Assembly: GCA_028826165.1 (NCBI GenBank)
Contig: JAPDFW010000055.1
Coordinates: 62,001 to 126,000 of the forward strand
Length of the DNA stretch: 64,000 nucleotides
Direction: 5' to 3'
Origin: Anaeramoeba ignava BMAN
Taxonomy: Eukaryota > Protista > Anaeramoebae
This document shows positions 13,601 to 24,892 of this stretch, piece by piece. How positions within the stretch are numbered: the first letter of the stretch is position 1; every line of letters starts with the position of its first letter. The notes under the pieces were generated by a model. The model was not told the origin of the DNA. It saw nothing but the letters and a program-made list of their open reading frames with translations, and made no database searches. The position numbers and the translations under genes were made by a program.

Positions 13601-15383
13601 AATTTAATTAGATTTAAAATTCTAAAATAAAATTACCTTTCTTAATATCTTTAATTAATTTTGAATCAAAATATTCTTCGTTTGGATCAAGAGAAAATGT
13701 AACTCTTTTGGGTGATTGAGCAATATTTTGTGATAATGATTTCTTTCTTAAAAGTTCTTGAGAATTTAAATAGGATTTTTTTCCTAATGCTTGATTTTGT
13801 TCATTTCCTTTCATTTCCATTTGTGTTTCTTCAGAATCAATTGAATTCTGTAAAATTGGATGAGCTTGAATTTCATCTTCATCTTCATCTTCATCTTTAT
13901 CTTTGTTTGTTATAATAAATAAATTTGAATCTGGCTTTGATTTATGTTGTGAAATTTCTTGGATTTTTTTTTCCAATTCTTTCTTTTGATTTTCAATAAA
14001 TTTTTTGGCTTTTGAAATTGATTCTAAAATTTCATTAACAGATTTTTCAATATTTTTTTCATCTTCCAAAGAAATTTTTTTATTTTCTAAATTATTATCT
14101 AAGTTTCTTTGAATTATATTATCAATTTCTAAGTTTTGTGAGATATTTTCTAAATCATCAAAATAACCTTTATTAAATAAAAATTCAAGATCTGAAAAAT
14201 AATTATTTGGTATTTTAACTTGATTTATGATTAAATTTTCATTTCCAATTAAATTTTCATTTTGATTTTGATTTTCATTTTCATTTTGATTTTGATTTTG
14301 ATTTTGATTTTGATTTTCAATTTGATTTTGATTTTCAATTTGATTATTTTCATTTTGATATTCATTTTGATTTTCAATTTGATTTTCATTTTGAATTTGA
14401 TTTTGAATTTGATTTTCAATTTGATATTCATTTTGATTTTCAATTTGATTTCCTTTTTCATTTTGATTTTCAATTTGATTTTCTTTTTCATTTTGATTTT
14501 CATTTTGATTTTCATTTTGAATTTGATTTTCATTTTGATTTTCAATTTGATTTTCTTTTTCAATTTGATTTTCAATTTGATTTTCAATTTGATTTTCAAT
14601 TTGATTTTCAATTTGATTTTCTTTTTCATTTTGATTTTCATTTTGATTTTCATTTTCTGTTAAATTTTCTGTTAAATTTTCTGTTAAATTTTCTTGTAAA
14701 TTTTCTTGTAAATTTTCTTGTAAATTTTGATCTTCATCTCCAGATTCAGATTCAGATTCAGAATCAAAAAAATTACTTTTATGCCAAATAAATAAACTTG
14801 CAATAAATTTTATAATATCATTTTCATTTCCCTAAAAAAAAAATTTAATTTAAAAAAAAAAATGTTATTAAAAAAAAAATTTTCGCATTTTTTTAAATTA
14901 AAAAAAAAATAATACATTAATAAATGTTTGAGGATCACAAGTATAACTAAGATAAGAAGACTCTTTAATTTTGCTAAATATAAATTTAATAGAACTTTGA
15001 TAATCGTTTTGTTGAGAAATTGCTGATAAATCTATATCTGGAATTAATAAAGAAATTACACTCGAAAAAATCTCTAGTTTCTAAAATTAAAAAAAATTTA
15101 TTTTTTTTTTAAATTAAAAATGATCATAAAAAAAAATTATGAATAAAATTATTGATTTGGAATTAAGGAATAAAACCTGAATATCTGCTGATAAATCATT
15201 AATATGCTGTTTGTTTGTTGTTTTGGAAAGATATTTATTGATCCAATTTTTCAAAATTTGAAGTGAAATTTCTACTTGGTTTTCTTTTGTATCTTTTAAA
15301 TTCAATTTTTTCACTTCTTCAATTGAAATATTTTTAACTAATTTAAGTAATGATAAAAGATTTTTTGGGAAATTATGAGACAT
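10665..15383 (-). CDS. Multidomain protein: calponin-homology domain, N/Q/E-rich linker, coiled coil, RasGAP domain, C-terminal PH domain (8 exons)
   Basis: CH-like LKNWINKYL...INDLSADIQ...GNENDIIKFIASLF. RasGAP FFRSATFCSKL, YLISTLKPVV and HRFFCPAIVSP. PH-like LEGWLS...KRYLVFKKN...DSDETYQNWFSIL. All joins use in-frame GT-AG introns (~15081-15176, 14832-14915, 13569-13636, 12724-12812, 12522-12585, 11701-11773, 11442-11533). Confidence 0.8.
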
Positions 15384-15506
15384 TTAAATTGGTTTTTTTA
15401 TTTTTTATTTTCCAATAAAAATTAAAAATTAAAAAAATGAAAAAAAAAAATGAAAAAAAAATTTTGATTTGTTTTCGTTTTTGATTTATGTTTTTTATTA
15501 ATAATT

Positions 15507-16799
15507 TTAAATAATTTTCTTTTTAGGAATTCCATGAACTCGAAAACGATAAAGACAAGTGTATTCTTTTCCATAATTTGATAATATTTCTAACTTAATA
15601 ATTTTAATTGAATCAATTAAATTTTTCTGATCGATTGAAAAAATTTGGATTGCAGAAGAATTTGAGTGGATCTTATATACAAATCTCCCCAAATAAATAG
15701 GTGAAGAAAATAGGTTTTGAGAACTTTGGAAACCCCAAACTTGGAATTCTTGTGGTGCACTTGTATAATCAGGTGTCACTTTTGATGACAAATGCTCCAA
15801 AGTGACATGAGTTGGTTGAATTTCCTTCGATAAATGAACCAACAAAACTCCATAAGAGCCGCCAAAAGACCAGCATCTTTTGTTGTGGGTATTGGATTGA
15901 ATTGCGTATTCGGGAAGTGATATTTGGTTTTGTGCGAGAAAATAACCGAAAAAGAAATTGATCCATTTATTGTTATGTTCTGGAATATATGAAGGTGATG
16001 ATCCAATTATCCAGCCTCCATGGCCTTCTGCTGCATAATCAATCTTATCAATCATCTCCCAATTTATAATATCAAGAATTTTATTAATATACATTTTGAT
16101 CTCTTTTTCTGAAAAGCCATATTTTTCTCTTAAAATAATCGATAGTTCTTCAAATATTTCTTCAAATTCTTCTTCATTTTCTTGGTTTTTTTCAAATAAT
16201 TCTTGAATAACTCTTCTGGATAATTTGCTCATTTTATTTTCAGTTTGCTCTTTTTCGTGTGCTAAATTGAGTAGAATTTCTATAATAAATGTTTTATGGC
16301 TCATTTTTAGTTTGTTCCATTTTTTCGTTATTAAATTTTCCCAACTTAAAATTTTTTCTAAAAATTGATTTGGTTCAAGTTTTTTGATTTTAGCTGAAAT
16401 TTGATGAATTGTTTCATTCAAATTATGTAATTCTTCCTTTAATTGTTCAAATATTTCTGGATTGTAAATTTTGATTATTTAATTTTTTAATATAAATTGA
16501 TTTGGAATTTGATTTTTGAATATTTTTTTTTTACTTTCATTTTCATTTATTTCTTGTGAAATTGTTGGAGTTAAAAAGAAAAATAAAATCCAAATTATCC
16601 ATAAAAATATTTTCATTTTTCTTATTATTTCTATAAAAAGTCTAATTGGAAATGTAATTAATGCATAAAATATACTTATAAATGAAGAAATAAAAGTAAA
16701 AATCAAAACTGTAAAGAAAAAGCTAATCCCTTTTTTAATTAGAAAAAAAATCAATTTCGGAAAGAAAAAAATCAATTTAAAAAAGAAAGAGATGATCAT
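15507..16799 (-). CDS. SUN-domain (Sad1/UNC-84) nuclear envelope protein, 2 exons
   Basis: N-terminal hydrophobic segments, a coiled coil and a C-terminal SUN domain (DYAAEGHGG, CWSFGGS, VTLEH, SAPQEFQVWG, ILSNYGKEYTCLYRFRVHG). Intron 16457-16534. Confidence 0.92.
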
Positions 16800-16846
16800 T
16801 TTGGAAAATGAAAAAATGAAAATATTAAAAAATTTTTAAAAAATTT

Positions 16847-18406
16847 TTAAAAAATTAAGCAATTCGATTTTTTTGGTTTTTGGAAAGTGATTTTCCATTT
16901 TTTTAAATATTCTTCGACTTTTGGATCAACTAATCCTTTTATAGATTCATTGTTTATAATGTTTTTACGAATTTGTGTTGAAGAGATATCTGTTGCATCT
17001 TCAATTCCAATGAAGTAAGTTTTTCTTTTTCTTTTAAGTTGATCTAATTCATTTTCAAGTTTTTCAATTTGATTTTCATTTTTAATTTCATTTTCAATTT
17101 GATTTTGATTTTGATTTTGATTTTGATTTTGATTTTGATTTTCATTTTGATTTTGATTTTCATTTTCATTTTCATTTTGATTTTCATTTTCATTTTGATT
17201 TTGATTTTGAATTTGATTTTGATTTTGATTTTGATTTTGATTTTGATTTTGATTTTGATTTTGATTTTGATTTTGATTTTCAATTTGATTTTGATTTTCA
17301 ATTTCATTTTGATTTTGATTTTGATTTTGATTTTGATTTTGATTTTCATTTTGATTTTGAATTTGATTTTGATTTTGATTTTCATTTTGATTTTTGAATT
17401 TCATTTTGAATTTGATTTTTATTTTGATTTTGATTTTCAATTTGATTTTGATTTTGATTTTGATTTTGATTTTGATTTTCAATTTGATTTTGATTTTGAT
17501 TTTGAATTTGATTTTCAATTTGATTTTGATTTTGATTTTGATTTTCATTTTCATTTTGATTTTCATTTTGATTTTGATTTTCAATTTGATTTTGATTTTC
17601 AATTTGATTTTGATTTTGATTTTGATTTTCATTTTGATTTTGATTTTGATTTTGATTTTGATTTTGATTTTGATTTTGATTTTGATTTTCATTTTCATTT
17701 TGATTTTGATTTTGATTTTGATTTTGATTTTGATTTTGATTTTGATTTTGATTTGGATTTTCTTGTAAATTTTGAATTTGTTCTTCCAATTCCTTAATCC
17801 GAAGTAAATCCTTTTGACAATCAATTTTCATTTGATCAGCAATTTGCGAATGAGGTTCAGAAATAACAGAACCCTTTCTTTCTAAACAAACAACATGAAT
17901 ATTAGGCATTTTTCCATAAGAACGAAACAAATCATTTCCAATAACATATATAAGAATAAGATCTTTAGGGTTATAAAGAAGAGTTTTAGAAATAACACTA
18001 ACTAAATTATCAAAACTTGAAGAGGACTAACAAAATGATCTGAAGTAGCTTCAAATTTATCAATCATAATCCAATTTTCATCTTCAATTGTTAATTCACA
18101 AGTATTGATTCGATGAAAACTTGACATATATTGATCTCCTAATTTTCTGTATACATATAAACAATGTGATGGCGAAATATATCCTGCGATAACATCAAAT
18201 CCTAATGTTTCTTCCACATATTTTTTTGCTTTTTTAAGATTTTCTTTATGACTTATATGAATTGGATTCAAACTTCCTGTTGATAATAATATTGTTGGAT
18301 ATTTTGTTTCTTTTTTCAGTATTTTATTTGTTGGTGTTATGTTGTTTTTAAATGCTTTTCGTGATTCTTCAACATCTTTTTTAACTTTTTTTTCAAATTC
18401 ATCCAT
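16847..18406 (-). CDS. NMNAT: Nicotinamide/nicotinate mononucleotide adenylyltransferase (NMNAT) with a poly-NQ insert and C-terminal CaaX; two apparent 1-nt frameshifts
   Basis: GSLNPIHISH (HxxH), GYISPS, HRINTCEL...WIMIDKFEA, YVIGNDLF, VVCLER and DISSTQIR...GLVDPKVEEYL. Frame changes at ~18013 and ~17392. Confidence 0.85.
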
Positions 18407-18601
18407 TGTTTTTATAAAATTAAAAAAATGGAATAAAAAATGAAAAATGAAAAATTAAAAATGGAATAAAAATAAAAATTTGGAATAAAAATAAAAATTA
18501 AAATTTGGAATAAAAATTAAAATAAAAATAAAATTTAAAATAAAAATTAAAATTTGGAATAAAATATTTTTTCATTTTTTTTATTTTAAATTTTTAAAAA
18601 A

Positions 18602-19255
18602 ATGGAAAAAAATGATAATGAAAATTCAAATGAAATTGATTTGAATTTGGAAGAGAAAAATCAAAAACAAGAATCTATCAAAGTTAATCAAATGGTTTCA
18701 AGTGTTTTTTCAGATTCAGAAATTATTAAAGATATTGAATATGAAAATAAATTAAAAGAATGGATAAATGATAATGATTTTTTTTCTAAAATGAAAAAAG
18801 CATTTTCAGCAAAAAGAGATGGATTTTCATCTGAAAATTGGCATTCAATTTGTGATAATAAAGGAAAAACATTAATTATTATCAAAACAAAAGATAATTT
18901 TATTTTTGGAGGTTTTACTCAAGTTGGATTTAAGAGAAATTCTTATTATATTTCTGATCCAAATCCTTTTATTTTTTCATTAAGAAATGATAAGAATGAT
19001 AGAAAACCAGAAAAATTCCAAATTAAAAAAGGAAAAGAACCAAATGCAATTTATTATCATTTTGGTTCTGGTCCAATTTTTGGAGGAGGTCATGATTTTT
19101 ATTTAAATTCTAATTTAGAAACTGGTGATTCACAATTTGGACATACTTATTATTTACCTAATGGAATTGATTATGATACAAATGAAGCTAAAAGTTATTT
19201 AGCTGGTTCTTATAATAAATGGATTGTTGATGAAATTGAAACTTATTTGATTTAA
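18602..19255 (+). CDS. TLDc-domain-only protein (BTB-less paralogue), intronless
   Basis: AFSAKRDGFS...WHSICDNKGKTLIIIKT...IFGGFT...FIFSL...GPIFGGGHD...YLAGS...VDEIETY is a TLDc core. Confidence 0.9.
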   Translation: MEKNDNENSNEIDLNLEEKNQKQESIKVNQMVSSVFSDSEIIKDIEYENKLKEWINDNDFFSKMKKAFSAKRDGFSSENWHSICDNKGKTLIIIKTKDNFIFGGFTQVGFKRNSYYISDPNPFIFSLRNDKNDRKPEKFQIKKGKEPNAIYYHFGSGPIFGGGHDFYLNSNLETGDSQFGHTYYLPNGIDYDTNEAKSYLAGSYNKWIVDEIETYLI

Positions 19256-20300
19256 AAAATATCAAAATTAAATTTTATTTTCTTTTAATTTCCATCAAAT
19301 AAAATTCTTTAAATCAATGATTAAGAAATAAATCAAATTTGAAATGATTAATTTTTAATTTTAAATTATGATTAAAAATTTAATTAAATCAAAAAAATAA
19401 TAATGAACAAAAATAGAAATTAAAAATAGAAATTAATAATAATTAAATAGAAATTATTTATTAATAGATAAATTTAAACAAATATTAAATGTAATTATTT
19501 ATTAAATTCAATTTTATTTTTGATATTTTGTTAATAAAATTATTTTAAAAAATTTTCAATATATTTTATTATAACTAAAATTGAATTAATAAATAATTAA
19601 AAATATTACTTTAATAAATAAAAATATTATATCAAATTAAAATAAATTAAATCTAAATTAAATTATTATTAAAAATGATTAAAATTGGATTTTTATTTTT
19701 ATTAAAATATTTCAATTATTTTTCAATTTTATTAAATTATTGAGAATAATTTTATATTATTTTAAACAAAGAAAAATTAATAAAATATATAAAATAAAAA
19801 TTAATTTTAAATTTAATTATTTAATATTCTTAATTCCATTTTTGAAATAAATTAATAAAAATATTTTATTTATTTTATTAAATTATTGAGAATAATTTTA
19901 TATTATTTTTAAACAAAGAAAAGTTAATAAAATATATAAAATATAATTAATTTTAAATTTAATTATTTAATATTCTTAATTCCATTTTTGAAATAAATTA
20001 ATAAAAATATTTTATTTATTTTATTAAATTATTGAGAATAATTTTATATTATTTTAAACAAAGAAAAATTAATAAATATATAAAATATAATTAATTTTAA
20101 ATTTAATTATTTAATATTCTTAATTTCATTTTTGAAATAAATTAATTAAAATATTTTATTTATTTTATTAAATTATTGAGAATAATTTTATATTATTTTA
20201 AATAAAGAAAAATTGATAAAATATATAAAATATAATTAATTTTAAATTTAATTATTTAATATTCTTTATTCCATATTTGAAATAAATTAATAAAAAGATT
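19256..20300 (+). repeat. Duplicated ~1-kb spacer (copy 1) containing 4 units of a ~146-bp minisatellite
   Basis: 19256-19730 is nearly identical to 24132-24600. The anchor TGAGAAT occurs at 19741, 19887, 20033 and 20177. Confidence 0.9.
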
Positions 20301-20500
20301 TTATAATTGAAAGAAAAGAAAAACAATATAAATTTCCCAGAATTAATTTCAATTATTTGAATATTATATTTAGAAATCAATTTTAAAGATGAAATTCAAA
20401 TTACTATTAACAAATTATAAATGAATTTCAAATATTTGAATATTGATTTATTCAAATCAAATTAAAGAAGAAATTCAAATTTATTAATTAACAAAATGAA
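20297..20500 (+). pseudogene. Degenerate relic of the 3' end of an RCC1-BTB gene
   Basis: GATTTTATAATTGAAAGAAAAGAAAAACAATATAAATTTCC and TTTCAAATATTTGAATATT..ATTCAAATCAAATTAAAGAAGAAATTC match 22333-22375 and 22483-22540, with deletions and stops. Confidence 0.75.
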
Positions 20501-20841
20501 ATTTCAAATTAAAATTGAAAATTTAAAATTAAATTAAAATTAAAATTCAAATTGAATTGATTTATTAATTAAAACAAAATTAAAATTAAAATTAAAATTA
20601 AAATTAAAATCAAAATCAAAAATTAAAATTAAAATTAAAATTAAAATTAAAATTAAAATTAAAATTAAAATTAAAATCAAAATTAAAATTAAAATTAAAA
20701 TTAAAATTAAAATTAAAATTAAAATTAAAATTAAAATTAAAATTAAAATTAAAATTAAAATTCAAAATTAAAATTAAAATCAAAATTAAAATCAAAATCA
20801 AAAATTCATTTTTTCATTTTTTCATTTTTTTCTTTTTCAAA

Positions 20842-22644
20842 ATGAATGATTGTTTATTTTTTGGAAGAAATAAAGAACCAAAACTTTTCAAAAATAAACC
20901 AGAAAAAATAACAAAACCAATTCAATTTAAATTTGAAAATGAAAATGAAAATGAAAATGAAAATGAAAATGAAAATGAAAATGAAAAACAAATTAAACAA
21001 ATTTCATCAAGTGAATTTTCAACAATTTTCCTTTTTAAAAATGGAAAAGCAATAGAATATTTAAAAGATTCAAATCAAAATCCTCAAAAAATCCAAATTG
21101 AAAATATTCGAAAAGTATCTGTTGGTTATGATAATGAAGCTATTTTAACAATAGAAGGAAATGTATTTGCCAAAGGAAAAGATATTAAACCAAAAAATCC
21201 AAATGAATTTATCAATATTTCATCATTAATTGAAGATACAAATGATAGAATAATTAAAGATATTGTTTCCGGAAGAAATTCAATTTACTTATTAACTTCA
21301 AATCAAAATGCTTATGGAATTGGTTCAAATAAATATTCCCAATTTGGTTTTGATTCTGAAACACTTCCAAAAACAGAAAAACCAATTTTAATAATGAAAA
21401 ATATTTCTAAAATATTTTCAGGAAACAATTCATTTCATATTTTTCTTTTAAATTCAAATCAAGAATTATTTGGATGCGGAGGTAATTTTTATGGTCAACT
21501 TGGATTAGGAGAATCAAGAATAAAAGAAACAGAAATCCATAAATTAACTCAAATCCAAAATATTCCAAAAGGTAAAATAATTGATATTCAATGTGGATAT
21601 TTTCATTCAATAATGTTAATTGAAAATGAAAATGAAAATGAAAATCGAGATGAAAATCCAAAAAGAAAACTTTATTCATGTGGAAATTGGATATATAATG
21701 GACTTGGCAAAAATAAAAATACTTATGAATTTACTGAAATCAAATCATCTTTATTTGAAAATGATGATAATATTCTTGATTTTTCTATTGGACTTGAACA
21801 TAGTTTGATTTTAACTTCAAAAGGGAAACTATTTTCATTTGGAGATAATGTTTTTGGTCAATTAGGAACTGGAGATACAAATGTACAATTAATTCCAATT
21901 CAAATTGAACTTCCTAAATTAAGATTTAATGAAGATATTTCTAATTATCATGTTCTTTGTGGGAGATATAATTCATTTCTTTATTATTCTCCTTCTTTTT
22001 CTAATCTTGAAGAAGATTTGATAAAATTATTTAGAAGAAAAGAATTTTGTAATATTTCATTTAAAACAGAAAATGGAGAAATAATTGAAGCTCATAAATT
22101 AATATTGAAATATAGATTAAATCAAAATCAAAATGAAATTGAAAAACTTCAAGAAATTATTTCAAATAAATCAATTAAAGAATCAAATCAAATATTTGAA
22201 ATGATTTATTCAAACAGAATAATAAATCCAATATTATATTCTGAAATTAAAGAAATTATAAATTTAAATGAAAAAATTGAAGAAACAATGAAAAGAATTT
22301 ATTTAAATGAAAATGAAAATGAAAATGAAAAAGATTTTATAATTGAAAGAAAAGAAAAACAATATAAATTTCCAAAATTAATATTAATAATGAGAAGTGA
22401 ATTATATCGAGGAATGTTTTTATCTGTAACAAATGATACTTCTAATAAAGTTACAGATTATAGTGAATTAAGTAATAAATCATTTCAAATATTTGAATAT
22501 TGGATTTATTCAAATCAAATTAAAGAAGAAATTCAAATTACACAAGAAATTATTAATGAAATTCAAATTGGAATTGATTATTTTCAATTAAATCAAACAA
22601 ATCCAAATTTATTTGATTTATTAATTAAAAAATTTAAAAATTAA
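20842..22644 (+). CDS. RCC1-repeat protein with C-terminal divergent BTB domains, intronless
   Basis: RCC1 blades (GCGGNFYGQLGLG, IQCGYFHS, IGLEHSLILTSKGKLFSFGDNVFGQLGTGD), then BTB-like FCNISF..AHKLIL and DFIIE..FPKLILIMRSELYRGMF..FEYWIYS. Confidence 0.88.
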   Translation: MNDCLFFGRNKEPKLFKNKPEKITKPIQFKFENENENENENENENENEKQIKQISSSEFSTIFLFKNGKAIEYLKDSNQNPQKIQIENIRKVSVGYDNEAILTIEGNVFAKGKDIKPKNPNEFINISSLIEDTNDRIIKDIVSGRNSIYLLTSNQNAYGIGSNKYSQFGFDSETLPKTEKPILIMKNISKIFSGNNSFHIFLLNSNQELFGCGGNFYGQLGLGESRIKETEIHKLTQIQNIPKGKIIDIQCGYFHSIMLIENENENENRDENPKRKLYSCGNWIYNGLGKNKNTYEFTEIKSSLFENDDNILDFSIGLEHSLILTSKGKLFSFGDNVFGQLGTGDTNVQLIPIQIELPKLRFNEDISNYHVLCGRYNSFLYYSPSFSNLEEDLIKLFRRKEFCNISFKTENGEIIEAHKLILKYRLNQNQNEIEKLQEIISNKSIKESNQIFEMIYSNRIINPILYSEIKEIINLNEKIEETMKRIYLNENENENEKDFIIERKEKQYKFPKLILIMRSELYRGMFLSVTNDTSNKVTDYSELSNKSFQIFEYWIYSNQIKEEIQITQEIINEIQIGIDYFQLNQTNPNLFDLLIKKFKN

Positions 22645-22697
22645 AATTAAATTTAAATTTTTTTTTTCATTTTTTTCATTTCAATTTTTTAATTAAA

Positions 22698-24131
22698 ATG
22701 GAAAATTATTCAAATTTAGAAAAACTTTCAAATGATTTAAAAAATTTATTTCAAAACCAAAATCAAAATGAAAAAGAAGAAGAAAGTTATTTTGATTTTG
22801 AAATAATTTGTGAACAAAATAAAACTTCATTTAAAACTCATAAATCAATTCTTTCTTCAAGAAGTGAATATTTTAAATATCTTTTTAATTCTAAAATGAA
22901 AGAATATCAAGAAAATAAATTAATTCTAAAAGATGTTTCAAGTTCAATTATATCTTCAATTTTAAATTATTTTTATTCAGGAAAAATTGAAATTAATTTA
23001 GAAAATGCAATTCAAATTTTGTTTTTTTCATCAAAATATTTAATTGATGAATTAATTGAAATTACTTCAAATTTTATCAAAAACAATTTACGATTTGAGA
23101 CAGTTGTTGATATTCTTAAATTATCTGAAGCAATGAACTTCAATCAATTACTAGATTCTTCTTATCAATTTATTTTAGAAAATTTCAATGAATTTATTAA
23201 AACTCCATTTTTTCTTGAACTTGAAGAAAATCATTTAAATTTAATATTATTAAATCAGGAAACTGAATCAAATGAATTTGAACTTTTCCAATCAATAATA
23301 AAATGGGGAAAACATAAATCAAATATTAATCAAGAAAAAGAATTAGAAAAAGAAGAAAAAGAAAAATTACAAAATCAAATTTCAAATGTTATTAATACAA
23401 TCAGATTTATTGATTTTTCAAACGAAGAACTTCAAGATATTTTGAAAGAAGATTTAATTCCAAATCAAATTTCAAAAAAATTAATTCAATTCCAAAAACT
23501 TCAGAATCAAAAAGAATTTATTGAATTTATTCAAAAAGAAAATCAAAATCAATATTCATTCATTTTCAAATCAAAATTTAAATTTGATTCAACAATTATT
23601 AAAGATATTGAATATGCTAATAAATTACAAGAATGGATAAATAATGATGAATTTTTTTCTAAAATGAAAAAAGGATTTTCAGCAAAAAGAGATGGATTTG
23701 ATTGTAAGAAATGGCATGATATTTGCGATAATAAAGGAAAAACATTAATTATTATCAAAACAAAAGATAACTTTATTTTTGGAGGATTTACTCAAGTTGG
23801 ATGGATTAAACCAAATTCAGGCCAATGGATTTTAGATCCAAATGCATTTATTTTTTCATTAAGAAATGATAAGAATGATAGAAAACCAGAAAAATTCTCA
23901 ATCAAACAAAGTCGGGAAAAATATGCAATTTGGTATAATTTAAATGCAGGTCCTTTATTTGGAGGTGGTGATATTTATTTAAATTCTAATTTAGAAACTG
24001 GTTATGCAAACTTTGGCAATACTTATCATTTGCCCAATGGAATCAAATATGGAACAAATATAGCTGAAAGTTATTTAGCTGGCTCCAAAAATAAATGGAT
24101 TGTTGATGAAATTGAAACTTATTTCATTTAA
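22698..24131 (+). CDS. BTB-BACK-TLDc protein, copy A, intronless
   Basis: BTB (DFEIIC..FKTHKSILSSRSEYFKYLF..ILNYFYSGKI), BACK (FLELEE..EFELFQSIIKWG..IRF) and a C-terminal TLDc domain. Confidence 0.92.
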   Translation: MENYSNLEKLSNDLKNLFQNQNQNEKEEESYFDFEIICEQNKTSFKTHKSILSSRSEYFKYLFNSKMKEYQENKLILKDVSSSIISSILNYFYSGKIEINLENAIQILFFSSKYLIDELIEITSNFIKNNLRFETVVDILKLSEAMNFNQLLDSSYQFILENFNEFIKTPFFLELEENHLNLILLNQETESNEFELFQSIIKWGKHKSNINQEKELEKEEKEKLQNQISNVINTIRFIDFSNEELQDILKEDLIPNQISKKLIQFQKLQNQKEFIEFIQKENQNQYSFIFKSKFKFDSTIIKDIEYANKLQEWINNDEFFSKMKKGFSAKRDGFDCKKWHDICDNKGKTLIIIKTKDNFIFGGFTQVGWIKPNSGQWILDPNAFIFSLRNDKNDRKPEKFSIKQSREKYAIWYNLNAGPLFGGGDIYLNSNLETGYANFGNTYHLPNGIKYGTNIAESYLAGSKNKWIVDEIETYFI

Positions 24132-24890
24132 AAAATATCAAAATTAAATTTTATTTTCTTTTAATTTCCATCAAATAAAATTCTTTAAATCAATGATTAA
24201 GAAATAAATCAAATTTGAAATGATTAATTTTTAATTTTAAATTATGATTAAAAATTTAATTAAATTAAAAAAATAATAATGAACAAAAATAGAAATTAAA
24301 AATAGAAATTAATAATAATTAAATAGAAATTATTTATTAATAGATAAATTTAAACAAATATTAAATGTAATTATTTATTAAATTCAATTTTATTTTTTGA
24401 TATTTTGTTAATAAAATTATTTTAAAAATTTTCAATATATTTTATTATAATTAAAATTGAATTAATAAATAATTAAAAATATTACTTTAATAAATAAAAA
24501 TATTATATCAAATTAAAATAAATTAAATCTAAATTAATTTATTATTAAAAATTATTAAAATTGAATTTTTATTTTTATTAAAATATTTCAATTATTTTTC
24601 AATTTTATTAAATTATTTAGAATAATTTTATATTATTTTAAACAAAAGAAAAGTTAATAAAATATATAAAATATAATTAATTTTAAATTTAATTATTTAA
24701 TATTCTTAATTCCATTTTTGAAATAAATTAATAAAAATATTTTATTTATTTTATTAAATTATTGAGAATAATTTTATATTATTTTAAATAAAGAAAAATT
24801 GATAAAATATATAAAATATAATTAATTTTAAATTTAATTATTTAATATTCTTAATTCCATTTTTGAAATAAATTAATTAAAATATTTTAT
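24132..24890 (+). repeat. Duplicated spacer (copy 2) with 2 units of the ~146-bp minisatellite
   Basis: Near-identical to 19256-20020. Unit anchors at ~24617 and 24763. Confidence 0.9.
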
Positions 24891-24892
24891 TA

